A DNA stretch of 64,000 bases from Pirellulales bacterium. GTDB taxonomy: Bacteria; Planctomycetota; Planctomycetia; Pirellulales; UBA1268. The stretch spans positions 717 through 64,716 of the forward strand of contig JBDQOY010000194.1 of the NCBI GenBank assembly GCA_040260935.1. Direction: 5' to 3'. Below the pieces are notes generated by a model. That model did not search any database. It saw only the letters and a list, made by a program, of their open reading frames with translations, and had not been told where the DNA came from. Each line of letters starts with the position of its first letter. The stretch's first letter is position 1. Positions 39,401-48,118 of the stretch are shown piece by piece. The position numbers and the translations under genes were made by a program.

Positions 39401-42400
39401 GGGCTCGAGTTTTCGCGTGAAGCGTTCCCAGACAACGGAGAGCTGCTTGTTGGTCCACGGCACCGCGATCGTCCGTGAGTCGTGGTGCAGGCGACCGTCC
39501 CGCACCATCCAGGCTCGAACCGTCACACCGCCACGATGGGCGTCGGTCAGTTTCAAGCGAATGGGCGTCTGGGTCCGGTTGGGTTCGGTCCAGAACCGCT
39601 CGAGCATGCGGCCTGCCTTGACCAGTTCAACCAGCATCCGCCCCTGTTCGTAGCCCGTACCGACGAGGGCCACGAGTTCACTGTCCACGTCGACCGTTGT
39701 TTTTTCTGTCCGCAGGACAAAGGCCCGCTTGATGCCATAGGTGCTTGCAGCAGGGTCGACGACCTCTATCAACCGGGTGGCCTGTACCGCAGGGCGATCC
39801 TTGCTGTTGGCCACCTCAAAGATTGCCCGGTAGATGCCTGCCGACAGGGTCGCCGTCGCGACCGCCTTGCCGGTGGCGGCGTCGGTTGTGTTGTCGGCCG
39901 CAAACACTTCCTCCCCCTCTGCCCAGGTCTCGGGGTTGGCGGGATCGGGGTCCCTCACTGCAGGATTATTGACGGGGCCCCCTGTTCGAAACGCGGGGTA
40001 CGGGACCGGGCGGCTGGTGAGATCACCGCGGCTCACGTCTGATGGCTGGACGAGCCGAACGACCCGAAGCCGCCCCGTTACTCCCCGCGGCGCTCCGTCG
40101 AGGGAGGTTGTTGTGATGGTCAGCGGCACCGCCGCCGGTTCGCCGCTGTGAGATGCCTGCCAGGCAGCCACCTCAACCGTGGCCTCAACGTCGGTATATC
40201 CTGCCGCAACGCGGCGATCAGCGGAACGAGTCTCTCCAGCAGTGTCGGTGACATCGGCGGTCACCGCATACGTAAAAACCGGCAGCGAGGCTTGTGGCAC
40301 GCTACGGTCAGGCACCGCCGGGAAATGAATGGTGAAACTGCCGTCGCCATCCGTGGTGGCCGTGCCCCGGGCAATCCGCCGGCTGCCGCTGTCGAAGGGG
40401 AGCCAGGGGTAGACCCAGCGGCACCAGATCGGAAACCGCATCTGCCGTTCAACCCGCCAGACCACCTTGGCCCCAGCAACTGCCAGCCCGGTGTAGCTGG
40501 TGGCCGTCCCTGTAAGACGAACGTCTCGGTTGAGTTGCACTGATTCAGTGGGAGCAGCCAGTTCAACCTTGAACTTCGGCCGCTTGTATTCCTCAACACG
40601 AATCGCGGTCGACCCTGATCCCCCGCTGCCTCGAGCCTGAACCGACCAGCCACCAGGCAGAGCCCCGGTTGGGATCGGGAAGCTGCCTTGGAACGAGCCG
40701 AACCGATTGGTCGTGGCAGCAAGCTTTGCGACCTCACGACGATTGGCATCTCGGAGGACGACCTCGACGCGGCCTGCTTCAATCGCCCGGGCACTGCGGC
40801 CATCGGCTGCCCGCTCAAGGAGCACCCCCTTGAACTGGACGAGTTGCCCGGGCCGGTAGATGCCGCGATCACTCATCAAGACAATCGACCGTTGGGCCTG
40901 CGGCTGGTGGCGGTGATGCCAGTAGTTCAGCGGCTCACTGAGGATCGTCTGGCTGTGACCAGCAATGCTGGCAGTGGCGACCAGGACCGCCTGGCGGCCC
41001 GTGGTGGCGGCCAGTTCATAGCGGCCCTCGGCATCGGTCTGGGTGCTGCCGGCCTTCTCGAACCGGTGCGGCCGATCTCCGTGCTGTTGCTGCTGCCAGA
41101 CGGTGACCGTTGCTCCCGCAACTGACGCACCGCTCCCGCTTTCGACGACATAGCCCGTGTGCCGGGCCTGCGGCTGCGGATGATTGGTCGTGCTGACCAG
41201 AGTCAGCCGGCTGACCCAGACAAGCGTGACTGCAACCACGTTGTCTTGGTCGCCAAAATTTTCTCGATTGCTCGCAAGCAGCCAGTAAGCCCCTGGTTCA
41301 AGTTCGGTCGCATCAAAGGCGGTGGCGACTGGAATCTGATGGATCGCTTGTCGGTAATCAACCGTCGCGGGCAAGTCAGCGACAAAGGTTTTGACTGCCG
41401 GCAGGGCCCGCAGGGCCTGAAGATCCTCGGCATCCCGCCAGTTGCCCGAAGGTTTGCCTGCGGCGAGCCGGCCCTCCCAGTCGGCTCGTGCCAGCCGCAG
41501 ATGGACCTTGGTGAGGTTGCGATAGGTCACGGTGACAGTTGGCCAGGGCGCCGCCCAGGTCCGCTCTGCCTCAAGTGAGATTTCTTTGGCTTCAATGTTT
41601 TTGATGAGGTTTCGGCACTGTTTCCCGCCAACGCTGTCGGGGTGGGCTTCGCTCCCTGCCAGGGCGATGGCTCTTGCCTCAGCCGGATCGTCTTCCCGCA
41701 GGCTGGATGCCAGATGAAACCGGGCCTGAGCCGACAACGCATGGTCTGCTGCCCGCTCGATGAAATCTCGCAGCGCTGCCTGGAGGGCTTCCTGCGGCTG
41801 GGCGGTGGCATCGGCAACAGCGACGTCGCCGGCCCAGAGCAGCCGGTCGAGATCAGTTGCCAAGAAGGCAGTGCGGTCGGCGTCATCGGCATGGAAGGCC
41901 AACAGGGCTTGATAAAGACCGGCCACAGCCAGCAGGGGCGACTCGGTATCGCTGACAGCCCCACCGCCATCTGGCCCGGCTGTCTTCCATCGGCGAAAGG
42001 CCTCAACGTCCTGGAGGGCAGGGCTTGATGCCTCAAGTTCAAACGCATCTTCAGGCTCAGCAAATCCGCGTTCCCCCATTGTGTGAAAAGCAATCGCATC
42101 ATGAACCACCACATCCCAGATGGTGGGGCGATAGGCGGCTCCCATGCTGCCCGGTTCAACCAGCATCGCCCAGTCATCGACAGGCAGTTGCTTCAGGCCA
42201 GCCTCATCAGCAAGCGCTACGGCAAACTGATGCTGAATCTCATCCACAATCTGCCGGAGATCCCACGAAGCCATCTCCGCAAGGTCGCGGTCGGCGTCTC
42301 CAGCAGCCTGGCTTGTCCGCTGGGAAAACCGCCAGCGGTTGGCCTGGAAAAAGCCCCATGTCCAGTTGGCACGAATGGCCTCGAGCACGCTGCGGGTTGG

Positions 42401-42757
42401 GACGGCGGCTGCCTTTGTCGCCGCAGCGAGGTCGATCAGCCGCTGCGGGTCATCGCCGGGCCGGTCGGCATTAGTTACCAGGACCCGCGTGGCAATTGCG
42501 CGGCCCACCTCATCCCAGGCTTCTTCGGTGGCGGCTGCCTGCTCGACGCCAGTGAGGAGTTCCCCGGCTGTCTTGGGTTTGCCCTCACGGAGCGCCTTGT
42601 CAATTTGCTTCCAAATATCTTGACGTGGAACCTGTAACTGAGCAGCGGAGGCCTGGGCCAGCAGGTTGATAAGGCTCCAAAGGCAGACGGTGAGGCCGCA
42701 GAGAAACCAGCAGTAAGCAGCGACGTTTCGCCGAAATTGAAAGGGAGAAAATGGCAT
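36458..42757 (-). CDS. alpha-2-macroglobulin-family giant protein (about 2100 aa), no canonical thioester motif seen
   Basis: The MG-domain hallmarks SDRGIYRPGQLVQFKG, VEEYKRPKFKVEL and AETAFFLPALVSDANGTVTLEFTLPDTLTTWQFKA are present. The position expected for CxEQ reads GCESID. I set the start at MPFSPFQFRR (ATG 42755-42757). The longest ORF reaches 42820. Confidence 0.85.
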   Translation of the reverse strand: MPFSPFQFRRNVAAYCWFLCGLTVCLWSLINLLAQASAAQLQVPRQDIWKQIDKALREGKPKTAGELLTGVEQAAATEEAWDEVGRAIATRVLVTNADRPGDDPQRLIDLAAATKAAAVPTRSVLEAIRANWTWGFFQANRWRFSQRTSQAAGDADRDLAEMASWDLRQIVDEIQHQFAVALADEAGLKQLPVDDWAMLVEPGSMGAAYRPTIWDVVVHDAIAFHTMGERGFAEPEDAFELEASSPALQDVEAFRRWKTAGPDGGGAVSDTESPLLAVAGLYQALLAFHADDADRTAFLATDLDRLLWAGDVAVADATAQPQEALQAALRDFIERAADHALSAQARFHLASSLREDDPAEARAIALAGSEAHPDSVGGKQCRNLIKNIEAKEISLEAERTWAAPWPTVTVTYRNLTKVHLRLARADWEGRLAAGKPSGNWRDAEDLQALRALPAVKTFVADLPATVDYRQAIHQIPVATAFDATELEPGAYWLLASNRENFGDQDNVVAVTLVWVSRLTLVSTTNHPQPQARHTGYVVESGSGASVAGATVTVWQQQQHGDRPHRFEKAGSTQTDAEGRYELAATTGRQAVLVATASIAGHSQTILSEPLNYWHHRHQPQAQRSIVLMSDRGIYRPGQLVQFKGVLLERAADGRSARAIEAGRVEVVLRDANRREVAKLAATTNRFGSFQGSFPIPTGALPGGWSVQARGSGGSGSTAIRVEEYKRPKFKVELAAPTESVQLNRDVRLTGTATSYTGLAVAGAKVVWRVERQMRFPIWCRWVYPWLPFDSGSRRIARGTATTDGDGSFTIHFPAVPDRSVPQASLPVFTYAVTADVTDTAGETRSADRRVAAGYTDVEATVEVAAWQASHSGEPAAVPLTITTTSLDGAPRGVTGRLRVVRLVQPSDVSRGDLTSRPVPYPAFRTGGPVNNPAVRDPDPANPETWAEGEEVFAADNTTDAATGKAVATATLSAGIYRAIFEVANSKDRPAVQATRLIEVVDPAASTYGIKRAFVLRTEKTTVDVDSELVALVGTGYEQGRMLVELVKAGRMLERFWTEPNRTQTPIRLKLTDAHRGGVTVRAWMVRDGRLHHDSRTIAVPWTNKQLSVVWERFTRKLEPAAQEIWRATIRTVADPLAGPSAPAVAEMVATLYDQSLDALAPHAWPGGFLGLFAGESSSRQLQFTNVAQQLQPIFGNWARRFEGVSISYHHLRAPFGSPLQGGLGSLMGGRMFRRGPMAAMAAPAMAEGMMMEDAAMAADAIPLGAMMKESANATGEPEAAAEEQAAGAEPAAATAPPPRRNLAETAFFLPALVSDANGTVTLEFTLPDTLTTWQFKAIAHDEQLRSGTLFDTCVTAKDLMVEPQPPRFLREGDVVQFPVKVSNGSTGRLTGRVRLALFDARSNDSREALLDGPAERTFDLAAGASEAVFFTIRVADGTDVLRYLATGSTTGSARPLSDGEEALLPVLPRKVLVTETIPVTVRGGETRHVRLEKLAAMAQQAEATIENQSLVVQAVSNPAWYAVMALPYLMEEGCESIDTLFQRLYANAYARHLVAADPRIAQVFDQWRGTDALESPLEKNSDLVQTLLAETPWFREATDEREARARIALLFDKTRVENEIAAAIARLNRLRNPDGGWPWFPGGQSCDSITLSIAAGFGRLRANGVTIDVAPALAAVPWIDQRLIEEKEFFERRAERARKAGNAAFAEEPVLTSLGVFALYARSFFLKDVPLQGPAAAAHAWCVKVGRQSWTELSHNRSQGQLAIALARNSERESALSIIESLRQRAVGGPRGEQTADRGEENWQGMWWRERHPGWWSWLAAPIETQSVLIEAFDEVAGDAASVEAMKAWLVQQKRTSRWSGSQATADAVGVLLGRGHDLLGDKSLMAITVGGESIKPGEAGASAPEAGTGFFETRFVRREIGPAMAEVTFAKPAGGGLAFGGVHWQYLDQIENVEAAGRTELAVTKALFKKTFTKAGPVLEPVPTTTAVEVGDELVVRLVVTSDRAYEFLELADHRPSLTEPVDVLSGWKWGDGVGWYQVTRDASTQLFFERLPPGTHVFEYSLRVAHRGKASSGFATIRSRYAPEFSARSQSLPVTSR

Positions 42758-43006
42758 GGTGAAGGCCCCAGTGTGGAAGAAAACGCTGAATTGGCGAACG
42801 AACGCTGAAAACGCCGTCACAACACATCTCTGCGGTCGGTTAACGCTGCCGATTGGTTGCCGTTACAGGAAAAGTAGGTAAGAATTAAGAAGTCAGAAAA
42901 CTTCCCGCCGATCGATCCTCGCTCTTCGTAGGGTCCGCGTTTCTGGGCCGGCTGCCTGGAAACGGCGACGTGGGTGTTCCCAACCAGACTCTTAGGAGTT
43001 TCGTCC

Positions 43007-46000
43007 ATGGAACCCTCGCCTTTGCGGCCGTGGTCCCGTCTCCCTCGTTGGCTCAGTTGGTGTATTGCAGGCGGCGGCATCGCCGTCTGTCAACTTGGTC
43101 TGCCCACCGCTGTACCCGCGGCTGACGCCCCGCTCTCGTACAACGAGCACATTCGGCCGATTCTTGTCGAGAACTGCTTCTCCTGTCATGGGGCTGACTC
43201 AGCCAGTCGAGAAGCCGACCTGCGGCTTGACCGGCGGGATGACGCCATTGAATACGGCGCCATTGTGCCGGGTGACCCCGACTCGACGGTGATGCTCGAC
43301 CGGGTCTATGCCGACGATCCTGATGAGGTGATGCCGCCGCCAGAAACCAAGAAGACACTTTCGGCTGAGCAAAAAGCGTTGCTGACCCGCTGGGTCAAAG
43401 AAGGGGCCGAGTACGAGCCGCATTGGTCATTCATTCCACCAACGCGGCCGCCACTGCCAGAAGTGCAAAAGACCGATTGGGTGCGGAATCCGATCGACCA
43501 ATTCATTCTCGCCCGGCTCGAAGCCGATGGCCTTGCCCCGGCTGCTGAAGCCGACCGTCGGACGCTTGCCCGCCGGGTTGCCTTCGAACTGACTGGCCTC
43601 CCGCCTGATCCAACGCTGGTTGAGGCCTTTGTGCTTGACCCGCATGCCGATGCCTATGAGCGGCTGGTCGATACGCTGCTGGCGAGCCTCGAGTGGGGTG
43701 AGCACCGCGGCCGGCACTGGCTCGACTACGCCCGCTATGCCGACACCCATGGCATCCACTTCGACAACTACCGTGAGATGTGGACCTACCGGCAGTGGGT
43801 GATCAATGCCTTCAACCGCAACATGCCCTTCGACGAGTTCACCATCCTGCAACTCGCCGGGGACCTGGTGGCAGACCATGGCCCGAATGCCACCCCTGAT
43901 CAGATCCTCGACAACAAGATTGCCAGTGGCTTCAACCGCTGCAATATGACGACCAACGAGGGGGGTATCATCGACGAAGAGTACCTGGTGCTCTATGCCC
44001 GGGACCGGACTGAGACGACCGCCCAGGTCTTCATGGGCCTGACGGCCGGCTGTGCGGTCTGCCATGACCACAAGTTTGATCCGCTTTCTCAACGCGAGTT
44101 CTACGAGCTTTCGGCCTTTTTTAATAACACGACCCAGCGGGCGAGAGACGGCAACGTCTTCAATACCCCGCCGATTTTGCCGGTGCCACTGGCGGCTGAC
44201 CGGCCGCGGTTCCGGGCGCTTCAGCAGGAGTTGCCGGCGGCACGGCAGGCGGTTGCCACACGCAAGCGAACGGCACGGCCTGACTTCGAGATATGGGTCA
44301 CGAAGGCAACCATGGCCGACATCGCCACCGCGCTGCCGCAGGATACGCCACTGGTGCAGGTGGCCCTTTCCGAGGGGGAAGGAGCCTCAACGAAGGCGAG
44401 TCTTCTCGGTAAGCAGACCGACCTGCCGCTTACCTCCACCACGACGTGGCAGGCCGGTCCGAGTGGCAAGCCCGCTGCGTTGCTTGATGGCCGAGCCTTG
44501 GAACTGCCGGGGCAGGCGGACCTTGAGCACGACCAGCCCTTCAGCGTGAGTTGCTGGGTCAACGTGCCTGCCGTTGATTCTATGTATGCACTCGTTTCCA
44601 AAATGGACGAGGGCCAGGCCCATCGGGGCTGGGATGTCTGGGTCGAAGGCCGCCGCGTTGGCATGCACCTCATTCATTCCTGGCCGGAGAACGCTCTCAA
44701 AGTCGTCGCGGGTGATCAACTCAAGGCCAACACCTGGACCTTGGTGACAGTCACCTATGACGGCTCGGGCACGGCTGCGGGCGTAAAGATCTATTACGAC
44801 GGCAAACTCCAGACCAAGCCGCGAGTCGCCAACAACAAGTTCAAGAAGGAGACAACTCGGACAGAGGTGCCATTGGTCGTCGGCGGCCGCTCGACAGGGG
44901 CAGATGCCCACGCCGTTGGCTTAACTGATCTCACCATCTGGGGTCGGAGCCTGTCGGCAGCCGAAGTCGAGGGCGTTTCTCGCGCAGACGCCATCGCAGA
45001 CATTGTCGCTCTGCCTGCCGATCAGCGGGTGGCGGCGGCCAAGGGGCTCTATGACTGGTGGCTGGGGAGTTTTGACGATGCCTTCCAGCAGGCTGCCGCC
45101 CACGAGGCTGCCCTTGCCGCCGAGGAGGCGAAGATCACGAGGCGAGGAACCATCGCCCATGTGATGCAGGAAAAGCCAGAGATGCCCAAGGCCTATATTC
45201 TGGATCGGGGTGAATATGACAGGCGACTCGACGAGGTCGGTGCCAACACGCCCGAAATGTTGCCGGCCTTTCCTGAGGCGTTGCCCCGCAATCGGCTTGG
45301 GTTAGCCCAATGGCTGTTACTGCAGGATCACCCGTTGACAACGCGGGTGACGGTGAACCGGTTCTGGCAGGAGGTCTTTGGCACTGGACTTGTTCGAACG
45401 AGTGGCGATTTTGGCGTTACCGGTGAACTGCCCAGCCACCCCGATCTCCTCGACTGGCTAGCCGTTGAGTTCAGGGAGAGCGGCTGGGATGTGAAGCGGC
45501 TCTTCCGGCTGTTTGTCACCAGCGCTGCCTATCGTCAGGCGGCGGCAACAACCCCTGACAAGCTCACCAAAGATCGCGACAACCGGCTGCTCTCGCGGGG
45601 GCCTCGATACCGCATGGATGCCGAGATGGTCCGTGACACTGCGCTGGCCGCCAGCGGCCTGCTGGTCCGCAAGATCGGCGGGCCGAGTGTGAAGCCCTAT
45701 CAGCCGCCAGGGGTCTGGTCCGCCGTTGCGATGCCAGAAAGTGACACGAAAAAATACACCGCGAGCGCAGGAGCCGATCTGTACCGAAGAAGCATGTACT
45801 GGTTCTGGAAGCGGTCAGCCCCGCCGACGTCGATGGACATCTTGAATGCTCCCTCACGGGAAGTCTGCACTGTCCAGCGGGAACGGACCAACACACCGTT
45901 GCAGGCATTGGTCACCCTCAACGACCCACAGTTTGTTGAGGCGGCCCGGGTTCTCGCCGATGAGGCCCTGTTCCTTGGTGGTGAGAGTGACGACGCGCGG

Positions 46001-46234
46001 GTTGACTTCATTGCCAGCCGGCTGATCGCACGGCCACTGGGGCCGGCTGAGAAGACAATCGTGAAGAAGTCACTGGCGAATCTCTCGGCGTGGTACAAGG
46101 CTCACCCCAACGATGCCAAGGCAGTGATTGCGGTGGGACAGTCGGCACCGCGGCATGATGATGCCGTGCTGCTGGCCAGTTGGACGATGCTGACCAATGA
46201 ATTGATGAACCTCGACGAAGTCCTCTGCAAATAG
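43007..46234 (+). CDS. PSCyt/DUF1549/DUF1553 (PSD1) protein with an inserted LamG/concanavalin-like domain
   Basis: CFSCHGADSASREADLRLD and CAVCHDHKFDP are present. The central segment FSVSCWVNV..WTLVTVTYDG..IYYDGKL..LTIWGRSLSAAEV is LamG-like. ATG 43007 has AGGAG 8 nt upstream. The ORF track starts at GTG 42974. Confidence 0.85.
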   Translation: MEPSPLRPWSRLPRWLSWCIAGGGIAVCQLGLPTAVPAADAPLSYNEHIRPILVENCFSCHGADSASREADLRLDRRDDAIEYGAIVPGDPDSTVMLDRVYADDPDEVMPPPETKKTLSAEQKALLTRWVKEGAEYEPHWSFIPPTRPPLPEVQKTDWVRNPIDQFILARLEADGLAPAAEADRRTLARRVAFELTGLPPDPTLVEAFVLDPHADAYERLVDTLLASLEWGEHRGRHWLDYARYADTHGIHFDNYREMWTYRQWVINAFNRNMPFDEFTILQLAGDLVADHGPNATPDQILDNKIASGFNRCNMTTNEGGIIDEEYLVLYARDRTETTAQVFMGLTAGCAVCHDHKFDPLSQREFYELSAFFNNTTQRARDGNVFNTPPILPVPLAADRPRFRALQQELPAARQAVATRKRTARPDFEIWVTKATMADIATALPQDTPLVQVALSEGEGASTKASLLGKQTDLPLTSTTTWQAGPSGKPAALLDGRALELPGQADLEHDQPFSVSCWVNVPAVDSMYALVSKMDEGQAHRGWDVWVEGRRVGMHLIHSWPENALKVVAGDQLKANTWTLVTVTYDGSGTAAGVKIYYDGKLQTKPRVANNKFKKETTRTEVPLVVGGRSTGADAHAVGLTDLTIWGRSLSAAEVEGVSRADAIADIVALPADQRVAAAKGLYDWWLGSFDDAFQQAAAHEAALAAEEAKITRRGTIAHVMQEKPEMPKAYILDRGEYDRRLDEVGANTPEMLPAFPEALPRNRLGLAQWLLLQDHPLTTRVTVNRFWQEVFGTGLVRTSGDFGVTGELPSHPDLLDWLAVEFRESGWDVKRLFRLFVTSAAYRQAAATTPDKLTKDRDNRLLSRGPRYRMDAEMVRDTALAASGLLVRKIGGPSVKPYQPPGVWSAVAMPESDTKKYTASAGADLYRRSMYWFWKRSAPPTSMDILNAPSREVCTVQRERTNTPLQALVTLNDPQFVEAARVLADEALFLGGESDDARVDFIASRLIARPLGPAEKTIVKKSLANLSAWYKAHPNDAKAVIAVGQSAPRHDDAVLLASWTMLTNELMNLDEVLCK

Positions 46235-46255
46235 CGCAGTGCAGGAGAAGATTCT

Positions 46256-47752
46256 ATGAATCCCCCAATTCGCTCACCGCTGGATGAACTCGGCCTGAAC
46301 CTCACCCGGCGGCGGTTCTTCGAGCAGGGGAGCCACTTACTCGGCGGTGCGGCGCTGGCCTCCCTGTTGCCCAGCGGACAGGCCCAAGCTGCAGTTCCTG
46401 CCGCCAGCGGCAACGCCGGCTTTGCAAAAGTGCCCGGTGCCATCGGCCCCCACTTTGCGCCGAAGGCCAAGCATGTGATCTACCTGCACATGGTTGGCGG
46501 ACCGCCGCAGCAGGACATGTTTGACTACAAGCCACAGATGAATGACTGGTACGACAAGGACCTGCCGGAGAGCGTCCGCAATGGTCAGCGGCTGACCACC
46601 ATGACCTCGGGACAGAAGCGGTTTCCGATTGCGCCGTCAAAGTTCAAGTTCACCCAGCATGGCGAGTGCGGCATGTGGGTGACGGAACTGCTGCCCTGGA
46701 CGGCCAAGATGGTCGACGACATGTGCTTTATCCGCAGCATGCACACCGAGGCGATCAACCATGAGCCGGCGATCACCTACATGCAGACCGGGAATCAGAT
46801 CACCGGCCGGCCCTGCCTTGGATCGTGGACCAGCTATGGACTCGGCAGCCTGAATGACGATCTACCTGCATTCGTGGTGCTCGTCGCCAAATCGACGAAA
46901 CCGGCCCAGGCCCAGGCGATTGGGGCCCGGCTCTGGTCGAGTGGCTACCTGCCGGGTGAATACGCTGGCGTCAGTTTCCGTTCCAGCGGCGACCCCATTC
47001 TCTACCTCACCAATCCGCCGGGCGTGCCCGATGCTGTTCGCCGCCAGACGCTCGACGGCCTGCAGGCGCTTAACCAGCGGACCTTCGAGCAGATTGGAGA
47101 TCCAGAAATCCGCACCCGAATCGCCCAGTATGAGATGGCCTATCGGATGCAAACCAGTGTGCCGGAGTTGACCGACCTTTCGAGTGAGTCGGCCAGCACG
47201 TTGGGCCTCTATGGTGATCAGGTCACCGATCCGGGTTCGTTTGCCAACTCGGTCCTGATGGCTCGGCGGATGGTCGAGCGGGGCGTGCGGTTTGTCCAGC
47301 TCTATCTGAACCACTGGGACACTCACGGCGACGTTGCCGGCCGGCTGCCCAATGGCTGTCGCGACATCGACCAGGCATGTTATGGCCTCGTACAAGACCT
47401 CAAGGCGAGGGGCCTGCTTGACGACACGCTGATTATCTGGGGCGGCGAGTTCGGCCGCACGGTGTATTCACAGGGAGGCCTGTCGAAGCAGAACTACGGC
47501 CGCGACCATCACCCACGGTGCTTCACCATGTGGATGTGCGGCGGTGGGGCTCGGCCGGGGCAGATCTACGGCGAGACCGACGACTTCTCCTACAACATCG
47601 TCAAAGACCCGGTGCATATCCGTGACTTCCATGCCACGGCGTTGCATCTGCTGGGCTTCGATCATGAGCGGTTCACGTATCGGCATCTTGGGCTCGATCA
47701 GAAATTGACCGGCGTCGAGCACGCTCGGGTGATTCCTGACCTGATTGCCTGA
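46256..47752 (+). CDS. DUF1501 domain-containing protein
   Basis: [28 protein letters not shown] is present, and the sequence has the same block order as the 16180-17622 paralogue throughout. GGAG lies upstream of the ATG. The gene sits 21 nt downstream of its DUF1553 partner. Confidence 0.85.
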   Translation: MNPPIRSPLDELGLNLTRRRFFEQGSHLLGGAALASLLPSGQAQAAVPAASGNAGFAKVPGAIGPHFAPKAKHVIYLHMVGGPPQQDMFDYKPQMNDWYDKDLPESVRNGQRLTTMTSGQKRFPIAPSKFKFTQHGECGMWVTELLPWTAKMVDDMCFIRSMHTEAINHEPAITYMQTGNQITGRPCLGSWTSYGLGSLNDDLPAFVVLVAKSTKPAQAQAIGARLWSSGYLPGEYAGVSFRSSGDPILYLTNPPGVPDAVRRQTLDGLQALNQRTFEQIGDPEIRTRIAQYEMAYRMQTSVPELTDLSSESASTLGLYGDQVTDPGSFANSVLMARRMVERGVRFVQLYLNHWDTHGDVAGRLPNGCRDIDQACYGLVQDLKARGLLDDTLIIWGGEFGRTVYSQGGLSKQNYGRDHHPRCFTMWMCGGGARPGQIYGETDDFSYNIVKDPVHIRDFHATALHLLGFDHERFTYRHLGLDQKLTGVEHARVIPDLIA

Positions 47753-47851
47753 CGGCTCTGCGACGCCACGCGGCTGTCAGCGTGTTTGCTTGTGCCGCGA
47801 GGCATGCTGGTCGTATCATCCTCGAAGGACGACCAAGTCCTTCAGATCAAC

Positions 47852-47924
47852 GCCCTCGTAGCTCAGGGGATAGAGCACCGCTTTCCTAAAGCGGGTGTCG
47901 CAGGTTCGAATCCTGCCGGGGGTA
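47852..47924 (+). tRNA. tRNA-Arg (anticodon CCT)
   Basis: I folded it by hand. The acceptor stem GCCCTCG/CGGGGGT has G1-U72 and U5-G68 wobble pairs. The D arm is GCTC-AGGGGATA-GAGC. The anticodon stem CCGCT/AGCGG closes the loop TTCCTAA. The T arm is GCAGG-TTCGAAT-CCTGC. A run of six T residues follows. Confidence 0.85.
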
Positions 47925-48118
47925 CTTTTTTGTTGGTTCCCCGTTCTCAAGTCGCTCTGGCAGGAAAACGAGATGCGTCCGACACGGACCATGATTCAGA
48001 AGCGGCTCCATTCAAGTCTGTTCTGGGTCGCACGGGGATGCGTGCATCCGGTCCACAACACGAGTAAAACACAGCGGGTAGAGACAGGGGGGACCCTGCT
48101 TCGCCCCATCGCTAGAAA

